A DNA stretch of 64,000 bases, from the NCBI GenBank assembly GCA_002269645.1, contig NIVC01002793.1:62001-126000 (forward strand), in the 5' to 3' direction. Position 1 is the stretch's first letter. Every line of letters begins with the position of its first letter. The DNA is from Macrostomum lignano (taxonomy: Eukaryota). The notes below the pieces were generated by a model. The model was not told where the DNA came from, made no database searches, and saw only the letters and a program-made list of their open reading frames with translations. Shown in pieces: positions 1-9,145 of this stretch. Both the position numbers and the translations under genes were made by a program.

Positions 1-217
1 AAGCACAAGTGTTATTACTTCGATAGCTATGGGACGGCAGTACCAGAAGAGCTAAGAAATTATATGAAGGGAAAAAAATAAAAAAATTTATCGCTCAGAC
101 TTTATTCTCCAAGGTCTTAGCAGTGATATTTGCGGTGAGCTGTGCATGACTGTTTTGTATGCAATGACCAAAACACGAAAGACCTACAAGGAAATTATTC
201 TTGGCTGTGTTTCATAG
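1..217 (+). CDS. Adenain-like (Polinton PRO) cysteine protease, C-terminal part, with a +1 frameshift in the A7 run at 72-78
   Basis: Frame 1 reads KHKCYYFDSYGTAVPEELRNYMKG. Frame 2 continues KIYRSDFILQGLSSDICGELCMTVLY to TAG at 215-217. YFDSxG and Q-x4-5-CG-x2-C are adenain-family motifs. Confidence 0.8.
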
Positions 218-220
218 GGT

Positions 221-935
221 TCATTGTGCATTTCTCGTTGTCCTTCTCGTTGTCCTTCTTTCCACATAATGTTGAAGAACTTTCTCGAGTTCATTTCTCA
301 GCTGACTCATGTCATCAGTACCGACCATGTTCAAGTTCATTCGAATTGATTGTTCATAAAGATCCTGAATGGTTTTGAACTCATCCTCTGAAATGAACTT
401 ATCCTCGATTGCCCTTGAAATGTACCCTATGATTGATGTGTGCACCCCTTTCTCTTTTACTTGCTTCTCCTGTAGCTGCTTTAGTTTTTTTCGCCTGTTT
501 CGCGCTAATGCTCCAGTAATTGCTGAAATAAGTCCACATGCAGCACCACAGAGCCGAGCGGATTGCGATTGGGGCTGTGATGGCTGGCAACACTGAGACA
601 GCTGCAGCAGACCCAGTTAGAACAGACACAGATCCTAGAATCATATTGCTGTAGTCAAAAAATTTACAGTGGCTGTCATAGCGCTTAATTTTCTTTGTGT
701 TGTGGAAAATATTTTTTTCAAGATCATCGCGCATTTTTTGAATCTCCACCAGTCGAAACTGTTGAGAGTTACAAGTAATGACGGGGTAGAGTTTTTGTTG
801 CTCATATTGGGGTGCATTCAGATTCGGTGCATTCAGGCTTTGTGTGTTCGAATTCGGTGCCATTGAGTTTGGTGCTGTCGGTATTTTAGGTTCAACGTAT
901 TGAGACTGATCGTATAGAGAATTTTGTTGGGCCAT
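221..935 (-). CDS. Uncharacterised viral protein with a central hydrophobic hairpin; frameshift at about 553-561 joins track ORFs 399..1019 and 221..445
   Basis: ATG at 935 in an AAAAAATG context. The hydrophobic segment ILGSVSVLTGSAAAVSVLPAITAPIAI continues in the shifted frame as LCGAACGLISAITGALARNRRKKL and then ISRAIEDKFISEDEFKTI. Confidence 0.7.
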
Positions 936-1029
936 TTTTTTCTCTAGAAAAAATAATAAAAAAATTATAAAACTATCCGGTTGAAAGATCTGTTTTCTTT
1001 TTGATAATTCCATCTGCACCGCCGGTTGT

Positions 1030-1838
1030 CTAGGCGGCTCTCGTGACGCCGGAGGATCGCGAGTCCAGCAGGCAGCGGCTGGGCGGCTGACGTTTGAGAG
1101 CGTGCCGGATTACTCCGGCGGGGTCCAGAGCTCCTTCTACTCGATCTGTAGACATGACCGGACGAGCAGCAGATTCTGCTTCATCAATAGCAATATCACG
1201 AAGATTGAGTGTTCTCTCCAGACGATTAAGCCTCCTTAGTATTTTACCCCAGAGCTATACATTCCGTTTAGATAGCTACTGTGTGATACATCCTTTCTCT
1301 TTAATGCTTCAAGTCTTTCTTTGATTCGATCATGCAACGATGTTGACTGAGTCATGAACTCTTCTAAATTCCTCACTTTACCTGTGTTGGTTGCGACGTT
1401 TTCTTTAATTCTATCATGCAACGCTGTTGACTGGTTCATGAACTCTTCTAAATTATTTACTTTAGCTGTGTTTGTGAAAACTCCTCCTTCGAGAATACGC
1501 ATCCGTCTATCAGTGGAATTTCCCAGAAGATTAACTGATGATCTCAAGCCGTTGATTAGCGAGACTATCGAAGTTATTTCTGACCTTAGTTCATTAGTTG
1601 CGTTTAACAACGGCACATAAAGCTTATCACTTTCAAACTTCTGCCTAGCTACTTTAAGCCTGAGATCTTCCATGTTGATTTGCAACTGGTGCATGGAGCG
1701 CTCTAGGGCTTTCAGTCTGTTTTTATTCAGTTTGATCTCTGGGATCTCTTCATCAATGTTAATGTAGCGCTTGTCAAGGAAGGAAGTTGTGAGAGTGCTG
1801 TTGCCTGTAGTTGACTCACCTGCAAAGTTTATCGACAT
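1030..1838 (-). CDS. Coiled-coil viral protein with a 28-aa internal duplication; probably extends to the stop at 1030 via a 1-bp indel in the C4 run at 1247-1250
   Basis: Track ORF 1236..1838 has two copies of TNT.KV.NLEEFM.QST.LHDRIKE. Adding one G gives SSGGKILRRLNRLERTLNLRDIAIDE..., which stays open to TAG at 1030-1032. Confidence 0.6.
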
Positions 1839-1854
1839 CTTTTAATAGCAAATT

Positions 1855-2655
1855 TTAAATTACAGTTCTTTTTTCTTTGCTGATAATCACAAACTGGTAA
1901 GGCTGATTCCACTTGTCATAGCAAAGATTAACGAATTCCTCTTGTGAAATCTTTCTGCTTGAGTTTTTTGTTGGATTTATGAAATAGGCAGGCGCAATGA
2001 CCTCATTGTAAAATCTTTTTAGCCTGTCCTGTGGAATGGTTGGAAACAGGAGAATCAGATTGCAGTTCCCACGAATTGTTTTGTTCGGGAGCTCGAACCA
2101 ATTCTGTGCAATGTAAATTACATTGCAATTGTTATGTCGCCCTCTTGTAAAATAGTTTTCTATCTGCTTCTGTGGGCCTGTCATACAATCATCAAAGACG
2201 ATCAAATGCTTTCTCCCCTTTTCTAGCTCATCTGGTTGGGGTAGAAGTTTGGTCTTTGGATCAGCCTGTGGATCTCCATAGGTGAACACTTTAATGTTCT
2301 GCCATTTTTCATTGTCTTTGAGGTGCTTTGCATATTCAGCAGCTACAATTTCAGGGTTACTGGGAAGGCTCATTTGGTTATTAAAACATGCAATAATGTC
2401 CTCTTTGTGCAGTTTGTTTTGCAATCCAGAAATCAACATTTTATACTCATCTTGATACAGTGTGGGAGAGTAGATGTGCAGAGTGTCATAGTCGATAAAG
2501 CCAGGTCTAAGAAGCATGTTAAAGACTCTGAATGTTTTACCTGAACCTGATGAACCAACAACAATGCATCTGAAGTGACTCGGAATTGACTCGTGATGAG
2601 AAAACTTAATCTGATTACGCGTCCAGTGAGGATTGAAGTCGTTTGAAAAGTCCAT
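1855..2655 (-). CDS. A32-like (FtsK-HerA superfamily) genome packaging ATPase, 266 aa
   Basis: Walker A GSSGSGKT, Walker B HLIVFDD and arginine-finger motif RGRHNN. The true start is MDFSND at 2655, after an AT-rich leader. Confidence 0.92.
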   Translation of the reverse strand: MDFSNDFNPHWTRNQIKFSHHESIPSHFRCIVVGSSGSGKTFRVFNMLLRPGFIDYDTLHIYSPTLYQDEYKMLISGLQNKLHKEDIIACFNNQMSLPSNPEIVAAEYAKHLKDNEKWQNIKVFTYGDPQADPKTKLLPQPDELEKGRKHLIVFDDCMTGPQKQIENYFTRGRHNNCNVIYIAQNWFELPNKTIRGNCNLILLFPTIPQDRLKRFYNEVIAPAYFINPTKNSSRKISQEEFVNLCYDKWNQPYQFVIISKEKRTVI

Positions 2656-2693
2656 TTTTTCTATGATGAAAAAAAATTTAAATAATAAATAAT

Positions 2694-2840
2694 TTAGATG
2701 TGTCATTTCGGGACTTAGATGTGTCATTTTGGGACTTAGATGTGTCATTTTGGTACTTAATTGTGTCATTTCGGGACTTAGATGTGTCATTTCGGGACTT
2801 AGATGTGTCATTTTGGGACTTAGATGTGTCATTTCGGGAC
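2694..2840. repeat. 21-bp tandem repeat x7 (TTAGATGTGTCATTTCGGGAC)
   Basis: Seven near-identical copies read directly between the ATPase start and the stop of the next gene. Confidence 0.95.
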
Positions 2841-2867
2841 TAGTCTTGTACCCTCGGAAAGTACCCT

Positions 2868-3257
2868 TTAGTCAAATTTGAAACCACTTCCTTTTTTAAT
2901 GCTAGCCCTCATCTTCTCATAGACTGCAGGGTCCACACTGTCTGGATTTGGGGCCAATGGAGCCAGCGGGGCCAGTGGAGGCTGAATCTCTTGTTTAGGT
3001 GTTACAGTATCCTTTATCTTTTTGGCTGCTGTGGCTACACTGCCAGCCGCTTCGGCAACGTTCTTGATGTTCTCTTTGTTCTCTCCAATGACCTTAAAAA
3101 TCTTGGCCCCCTGAGCGATCAAATCGGCAAGACCGTTCCCTGAGCGTTCTTTTCTTGGATAGTGGCCTGCAGGGAAAAGTCCAGATCCGCGTTTAATGAG
3201 ATTAAGTTCCTCTTTGTCATAGTATTTGTCCACGTCTTTCTCAAAAATAATCGGCAT
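2868..3257 (-). CDS. Small viral protein (129 aa) with three GxG motifs; candidate protease-processed core protein
   Basis: ATG at 3257 in an AAAAATG context. Motifs KRGSGL, RSGNGL and KKGSGF. Confidence 0.65.
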   Translation of the reverse strand: MPIIFEKDVDKYYDKEELNLIKRGSGLFPAGHYPRKERSGNGLADLIAQGAKIFKVIGENKENIKNVAEAAGSVATAAKKIKDTVTPKQEIQPPLAPLAPLAPNPDSVDPAVYEKMRASIKKGSGFKFD

Positions 3258-3273
3258 TTTTACTTGAAATAAA

Positions 3274-4492
3274 TTATTTTTTGTTGAACCGCGAAAGCAG
3301 AAGCTCTCTCGCCCGTTTGTCAATATACTTCTTTTCCATCATTTTGTCCAGGATGTTGACAAATTCTTTTCTATTTTCATCTTTCATTCCGGTCTTTGCT
3401 GCTCCTAGAAGAACCGCTACTCGCTTGTAGATTTCAGAAATTCCTTTTCCTGTTGAGGGCGGTTGGTCTTGGGTTGTGGAGTTGGTTGGGCTTGTAGCTG
3501 CTGGGGAGGTGATGCAAAAGACTGCTCACTTTCAGAGATGGAACTGTCATGTGGTGCCTGTCTTTGTTGAGGTGTGAAAACTCTTTGCTTGATTCTGTTC
3601 ATTCGATCTGGAGAGTGTTGTTCTAAGTGTTGCCAGGCATCTGGGTGATCATTTTTATATTTAGCTACTTGAGTCGGATCTGCATTTTCCAGTTGCCTGA
3701 GTACTTCTGTGAAATGTTGCTGCTGCTGTGGTTGTGGTTGTTGTTGCTGTTGTTGTTCTAGATATTTTATGACTTCCGCCTGATCTGGCAAATCGAACCA
3801 TTGTTTAAAGTGCTTGTACTTTTTGAATTTAGTCAGGTTGACACCGCTATCGTACATGTGTTTCAAAACTTCTGGGACCTTTAGTATTTCTATATCTCTA
3901 ACAAGAGAAAAAGTCACTAGATCTCTATAGTTCTTTAGCTGTTTGTCCGAGATTCTCTCTTGGTTCTTGGTCATAAAAGTCAGTAAGGTTTCTGTGAAAG
4001 GAATGCTCTTAGTTTCTGAGCCTTTGACAACAGAAATATTTTCCTTATTTATGTCGATATAATATTCCACTGGTTCATTATAAATATTTTTTCTCCACAT
4101 ACTTATTCCAAATACATATTTCCCATCATGTTCGACACGCTCTACTGGTCCAAAAATGTTATCTGTCACTTTTAGTTGTGATTGATGTGGTTGTGATTGT
4201 TGTTGTGATTGTTGTGGTTGCGGTTGTGTCTGTGGTTGCGGTTGTATCTGTGGTGCTTCTGGAATTTTACCCAAAACCTTTTGCACTTGGGTTTCCTGTA
4301 TGTCGTCGATAGTTTCTTTGACCTGATCAATATTTTTCTTAGCTTCTCCATACCCGGGTTTATGAAACTCTGTGGCTGCTTGGACAAACTCATTGTAGGA
4401 TTGTTGCTCCTTATTTATTAGCCCGGTAACTCGTTTCTCTGCTTGTGCTAGCTTCTCCAATTCAGATATCTGCTGTGTACTTTTCGCTTCAT
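3274..4492 (-). CDS. Q-rich viral protein with a helical C-terminus; two 1-bp homopolymer frameshifts (T4 at 4481-4484, G4 at 3503-3506) flank track ORF 3417..4460
   Basis: Restoring one A gives the start MKRKSTQQISELEKLAQ. The shifted frame gives the C-terminus STGKGISEIYKRVAVLLGAAKTGMKDENRKEFVNILDKMMEKKYID, ending at TAA 3274-3276. Confidence 0.6.
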
Positions 4493-4522
4493 TTCTTATT
4501 TTATTTTATTTTTAGTTAAAAA

Positions 4523-5809
4523 ATGAACGACCCACTGACACCAGTTTTCTACAAGATTAACAAGCCTATTTTGAGTGATGATAGCACAATCAAAGCGACT
4601 CAGGTAAGAGTTCCCAGTCAGGAAAATCAGAATGAAACTAATCTTGGTCCTGGTCAAACACTGACATTTACATACAATGGATGTTCGTCTCTGGTTAGTG
4701 TGCACAGTCTTAAGAGCGGCTTCCATATGACATTTCAATTCAAGACAAAAGGTGGTGCGGATGCGGCTCGTGCTAACGTTGACAAGCATGATGCGGATGT
4801 GGCTCTGATCAGTAACTTTTGGGCGTACATGTTCAAGGAATTTAGTGTATCGAATGGGAGCACAGAGTTGGAGCGAATCGCCAACTTTGGAATTGTCTAT
4901 GACGCTCATTGTTTGATCGAGAATCCTGATTTTATTCAGTTGGGAAGTGGTGCGGGTTTTATTGCAGATGAAAAAGAAGGAGACATCAATGACAGTGGCT
5001 ATAAAAAGAGGAAGAAGAGATACAACTATGCATTGCAAGGTGCTGATGATGCTGCTAAGAACCCGCAGTATCGGTCTGTTGATGTATTTGTACCATTGAG
5101 ATTCATGAGTGGATTCTGTAATACATTTAATCGACTGACTAGTAACTTTAGCTACACCTTTAGGATGACTAGAGATGATCGCAGTAGAGTGTTGTGGACT
5201 GGGGCGGACCACACAAGGATGGAGGTGAAGCTAACCGGAATCGAGCTGTATTTGGAAGTCATTGAGCCAAAGACCGCACTAAAAGCAGACTATCTTAAGG
5301 CAATAGAGAAGGACATTGATGTTGCATACACGGCCTACATGTGTCGAGATGAGCGAAACGAAACTAGAACAAACATCTGCATTAAAGAGGGATCATGCAG
5401 CAATCCAAGGTATATCATTATTAATATGAGAAACCCAAATAGCATTATACGCTACATGCATGGAGACGTGCGGTCCATTCAGCATGAAATCAGTGATAAT
5501 CTTTACCCTGCACTGCCACAAAATGGAGATTTCAGTCAGAACAAGATTAGCAAATTTTACAGCGAGTTGGTCGACTTGGCTGTGAAAGAGAACAATGGAA
5601 TTGCTATCACTGCTCTTCAATATGGAACTCTATATCCGATGTTTGGCGCTGATGTGTCTGCCAGACAAATGCCTACTGATAACAGCCCTGTGAATATCGT
5701 GACTAACATTGAAAGGACTGCCGCAACACCCGTGGACCTGTACATTGTCTATGCATTTGAGAGGAAGGTGAAGCTTAACATGATCAACAATTCATCCAGT
5801 AAAGTTTAA
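4523..5809 (+). CDS. Major capsid protein (double jelly-roll, Polinton PY-type), 428 aa
   Basis: Intact beta-rich ORF of the expected size, next to the penton and ATPase. The N-terminal SDDSTI..TLTF and C-terminal NPRYIIINM and LYPMFGADVS segments resemble Polinton MCPs (recognised from memory, not by search). Confidence 0.82.
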   Translation: MNDPLTPVFYKINKPILSDDSTIKATQVRVPSQENQNETNLGPGQTLTFTYNGCSSLVSVHSLKSGFHMTFQFKTKGGADAARANVDKHDADVALISNFWAYMFKEFSVSNGSTELERIANFGIVYDAHCLIENPDFIQLGSGAGFIADEKEGDINDSGYKKRKKRYNYALQGADDAAKNPQYRSVDVFVPLRFMSGFCNTFNRLTSNFSYTFRMTRDDRSRVLWTGADHTRMEVKLTGIELYLEVIEPKTALKADYLKAIEKDIDVAYTAYMCRDERNETRTNICIKEGSCSNPRYIIINMRNPNSIIRYMHGDVRSIQHEISDNLYPALPQNGDFSQNKISKFYSELVDLAVKENNGIAITALQYGTLYPMFGADVSARQMPTDNSPVNIVTNIERTAATPVDLYIVYAFERKVKLNMINNSSSKV

Positions 5810-5831
5810 ATATTTTTTTTAGGACAAAAAA

Positions 5832-6695
5832 ATGGAAGCTATAGCCGAAAGACTAAATAACATTGTTTCACACTCTAAGGAGAGCATTCCTATTACAATA
5901 ACTGGGCGAATTAATGACTCAAACGGGATGTTTGTTGAAAAATTAGAGCAGGCGATTCGCCTGGATCCAGGCGCTAATTACCATGTCTATCTTAACGACT
6001 TCACTGGTTGGTCAAACGTTCCCAATGTGATGGCAGCAAATAATAAGTTTTATTACAAATGGAAAGGTGCAGCAGCAGACCCTGTGGTATTCCATGTGAG
6101 CACGCAAAGTGTGGATACCTACAATAACTTTCTAGAAAATGTCTTTACTAAGAGAGGCCATTTTGAGACACCTGATGCGAGTAAGCCAGAGAAGAAACTG
6201 TTCCCTGTCAAACTAACCTATGATCTCACTGTAATGAGAGTGGTCATGCAAGTTCACAAAGATGCGGAGGTTGAGTTTAAAGATGACACTTGGTATAGGG
6301 AACTGGGATTCGAGAAGAAAGTTTATAAGGCAGAATCCGCGGCGCGGACCGCCACTCAAGCATCGGGGACTGTTACAATGGTCCGGGAAAGTGTACGCGG
6401 TTTGTTCTTAGCACCCAATATAGCAGACATTGTAAAGGGTTTGAATATTCTAATCAGAAGCAATCTCAGTCTTGATTGGGTATTTAAGGGAAAGCGAACG
6501 AATATTTTGTACAACATCTCCAACTCTGTTGCTGGAGGACAGATGGTGGTAGAGAAACCAAATCCAGTGAAAAGAGTTGTATTGAGTAATAAGGAGATTC
6601 ACGAGATTGTGCTACAGTTTGAGACTGAAGATGGGATGGGTGTTGATTTCAACGGTGAAGAGTTTGTATTGACGTTGATCATTGAGAGAATGTAA
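5832..6695 (+). CDS. Minor capsid / penton protein (single jelly-roll, Polinton PX-type), 287 aa
   Basis: Motifs IRLDPGANYHVYLNDF..SNVPNVMAANNKFYY and ILYNIS..GQMVVEKPNP..IHEIVLQFETEDGMGVDFNGE match the Polinton penton pattern. It starts 22 bp downstream of the MCP. Confidence 0.85.
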   Translation: MEAIAERLNNIVSHSKESIPITITGRINDSNGMFVEKLEQAIRLDPGANYHVYLNDFTGWSNVPNVMAANNKFYYKWKGAAADPVVFHVSTQSVDTYNNFLENVFTKRGHFETPDASKPEKKLFPVKLTYDLTVMRVVMQVHKDAEVEFKDDTWYRELGFEKKVYKAESAARTATQASGTVTMVRESVRGLFLAPNIADIVKGLNILIRSNLSLDWVFKGKRTNILYNISNSVAGGQMVVEKPNPVKRVVLSNKEIHEIVLQFETEDGMGVDFNGEEFVLTLIIERM

Positions 6696-6699
6696 GAAA

Positions 6700-6939
6700 T
6701 CACAATTGCTTAATTATTTCTGCAAAGTTATAGTAGCTGTCATAATCTTTTACATAGGTTACTCCATACTTATGAAACCAATGTCTTTGGAGAGCTAGAT
6801 TAATATTAGGGACATTGATATCAACGTTGGGCCAATATTTTCTCATGTATTCGCTGCATTCAAGTTTGCATCGGTACTTACTCTTGTAATTAGGCTCGTG
6901 CGTTTTGTAATAAGAACCTGGAGAGACAACTGGAAACAT
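6700..6939 (-). CDS. Small Tyr-rich hypothetical viral protein, 79 aa
   Basis: ATG in an AAAAATG context. It is convergent with the penton and the stops are 4 bp apart, like the 217/221 convergent pair. Confidence 0.55.
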   Translation of the reverse strand: MFPVVSPGSYYKTHEPNYKSKYRCKLECSEYMRKYWPNVDINVPNINLALQRHWFHKYGVTYVKDYDSYYNFAEIIKQL

Positions 6940-7148
6940 TTTTATTGAGAATTTAATTTTTTTTAAAGGGTGAGGACCCTGCGCTGATGATTTAAAGTCT
7001 TAGGGATGTGGTAGCACGTTGCGGATTGAATGTGTGGAGAAGAATGCAGATTATTTTCTGATTGTTTTAGAAATGTTATGGGTGGATGTCAGTGGATTAT
7101 GTCAGTGTCAGTGAACATAACATGTGTTAGTGGACATCTGTTATGCAC

Positions 7149-7370
7149 TGATTCTGTCAGGGATAATATGGATGGATTTAATACGATTATGTTCGAAGTT
7201 TTCGGAGCAAGTGCGACCCCTCCACTTTTTCATGATTCTGTCGGGGATAATATGGATGGGTTTGATGGGATTATGGAGGACGTTTTGTGAGCGAGTGCGA
7301 CCCCCCTTTTTTTCTGATTTTGTCGGGGATAATATGGATGGATTTAATGGGATTATGGAGGACGTGAAAA
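7149..7370. repeat. About 83-bp imperfect tandem repeat (roughly 2.7 copies)
   Basis: TGATTCTGTC(A/G)GGGATAATATGGATGG recurs at about 7149, 7232 and 7315. Confidence 0.85.
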
Positions 7371-7514
7371 ATTTTGTCCTAGAAGCCCCCTCATGCATTC
7401 TACTTCTTCGTAATCTTGCTATTCCTTATCGTTTAAATCTACCTTACGCAGACGTCACCGTATAGCCGAACTTATAACATGCCCTCATCTTCAGTCTTGT
7501 TGTTAAAGGAGGAG

Positions 7515-9040
7515 GGAAGCCGGGGCAACCCGCGGATCAGCCCAGAGAAGGGCTCTGCCGCTATAGGATAGGGGCCATACTACCCGAGAGGCCCAGATTG
7601 GGACCAGGACTCAAGGCCTGGTGAAGCCTTATTGGATGCTACTAACCCAAGCTTATGGAATAAGACAAGCCTATGGACCTATGGACCAACCCATAGCAAG
7701 GCGAGTCTCCTATCAGGTAGGCCACCACATAGATCCTCCTATAGGGCTGCGAGCCTCAAGGCTTTTTTACTACTTAGCTCTGATAAGCCCAAGCCAAGGG
7801 GTTGGAGAGGAACACCAAGGAGCGAGGAGAAACCAGACTCAGCCGGTTTTCCCCGATTCGGGACGAACTCGTTCCCCAGGACCAGGACACCAATCCACTG
7901 TCAGAGATGAGAGCCAGACACAAAAGCAGAGAGACAACCAGACGAGCCAGCAGATGGACCAAGGGAGCAGATGGAATCACAGAGGCAAGATCTATCAACT
8001 CCTAATATTTGTGCCAGATAAAACCAAATAAAAGCAAGGGATACGAGTAAAACACAAAGAGGCCACAAAGGCTATGGAGGATCACACGACCTCTAAGGCT
8101 CAGCCGCAGGGCTGGCATCAACTGGGCTCTACCGTACACCTTTGTGAATGGTCTTCTTTCCTGCAGGGCAGGTGCGACCGGGGGCTCAAGTCCCGTTCTA
8201 GCCACACTGCAGTCCAGAGTATGCAGTCCAGAGTACACACTCACTCCAGGTGCACCCCCCCCCCCCTAAACCAAGGCCGAGGGCCAAATTGGATAGAAAT
8301 AAATAGGGTTATTTTTAGAACGGGCACAGCCCCTCCGGGGCGGACCCTTGGTGATTGGGCAAGAGAGAGCTAGGTCAATTGGATTGTTGTTGTTAAACGG
8401 GGGTGGGAAGCTGGGCTTACCCGCGGATCAGCCCTTAAGGGGGCTCTGCCGCTGCGGGGCACTTTCCAAGGGCACGGGGAATTCCGTGAACCCGAGATAC
8501 CCTCCTCGGAAGTCCGAGAACCAATTTAGTTGGGCCCTGACTAAGACCAGGGGAGGCGAGGGACTTCAAACCTATGGAACAAGACACCGCCAATCCAAAA
8601 AGTGGAATCAGGGACAGTGCTAGGACCGAGTCCACCCAGGCCACCCCCCCCCAGCAGACAAGTTCTCGGGAGTGCGCTTCAGAAATAGAATTGGAAATCG
8701 AAAAAGCGGTCCGAGAGCGGGGATTCCCCGATGTCTACGGAAAAGGCTTTACTATTGGAGTGAGTCTGGAAGGCTTGTTTCCGAGGGGGAGACTCCAGGC
8801 GGGAGACCGGCCGCCTCTATTGCTACCAACCCAAGGGCATCGCCTATCCAGCTCTAAACAGGGCCAGGCCAAGGGGGGAGGGGCACAAGGGGCAAGAGGA
8901 AACCGGACGCAGCCGGTTTTCCCTGATTCGGCACGAACATCCTTCCCAGGACTCCAATCCACTGTCAGAGATGAGAGCCAAGACACTTAGGCAGGGAGAC
9001 ATCCAGAGGAGCCAGCAGATGGACCAAGGACAGAGCACAA
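7515..9040. repeat. Diverged direct duplication of a GC-rich module of about 0.9-1.1 kb in the subterminal region
   Basis: Shared blocks CCCGCGGATCAGCCC..GGGCTCTGCCGC (about 7530 and 8420), CAGCCGGTTTTCCC, CCAATCCACTGTCAGAGATGAGAGCCA and GAGCCAGCAGATGGACCAAGG (about 7840-7965 and 8910-9030). Confidence 0.8.
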
Positions 9041-9145
9041 CCGAGAAATGCTATCTTCAGTCTTAGCGGTTTTTTCTGTTTAAAACTGCATGAATGCTCC
9101 CAACTTGCCTAAACTAACCATTCTTAACTATTTTGCTAACCGAAA

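Noticed and set aside
2656-2832. N-terminal (MTHLSPK)n extension of the ATPase
   Set aside because: It comes from the 21-bp repeat being a multiple of three. An AT-rich leader and AAAAAATG context mark 2655 as the likely start.
4496-5212. 238-aa minus-strand ORF
   Set aside because: Antisense shadow of the major capsid gene, with no ATG in the viral start context and no motifs.
1-6939. Bacterial prophage or contaminant interpretation
   Set aside because: The adenain-type protease, A32-type ATPase and jelly-roll-type capsid pair point to a eukaryotic Polinton. There are no Shine-Dalgarno patterns and the region is contiguous with spliced animal genes.
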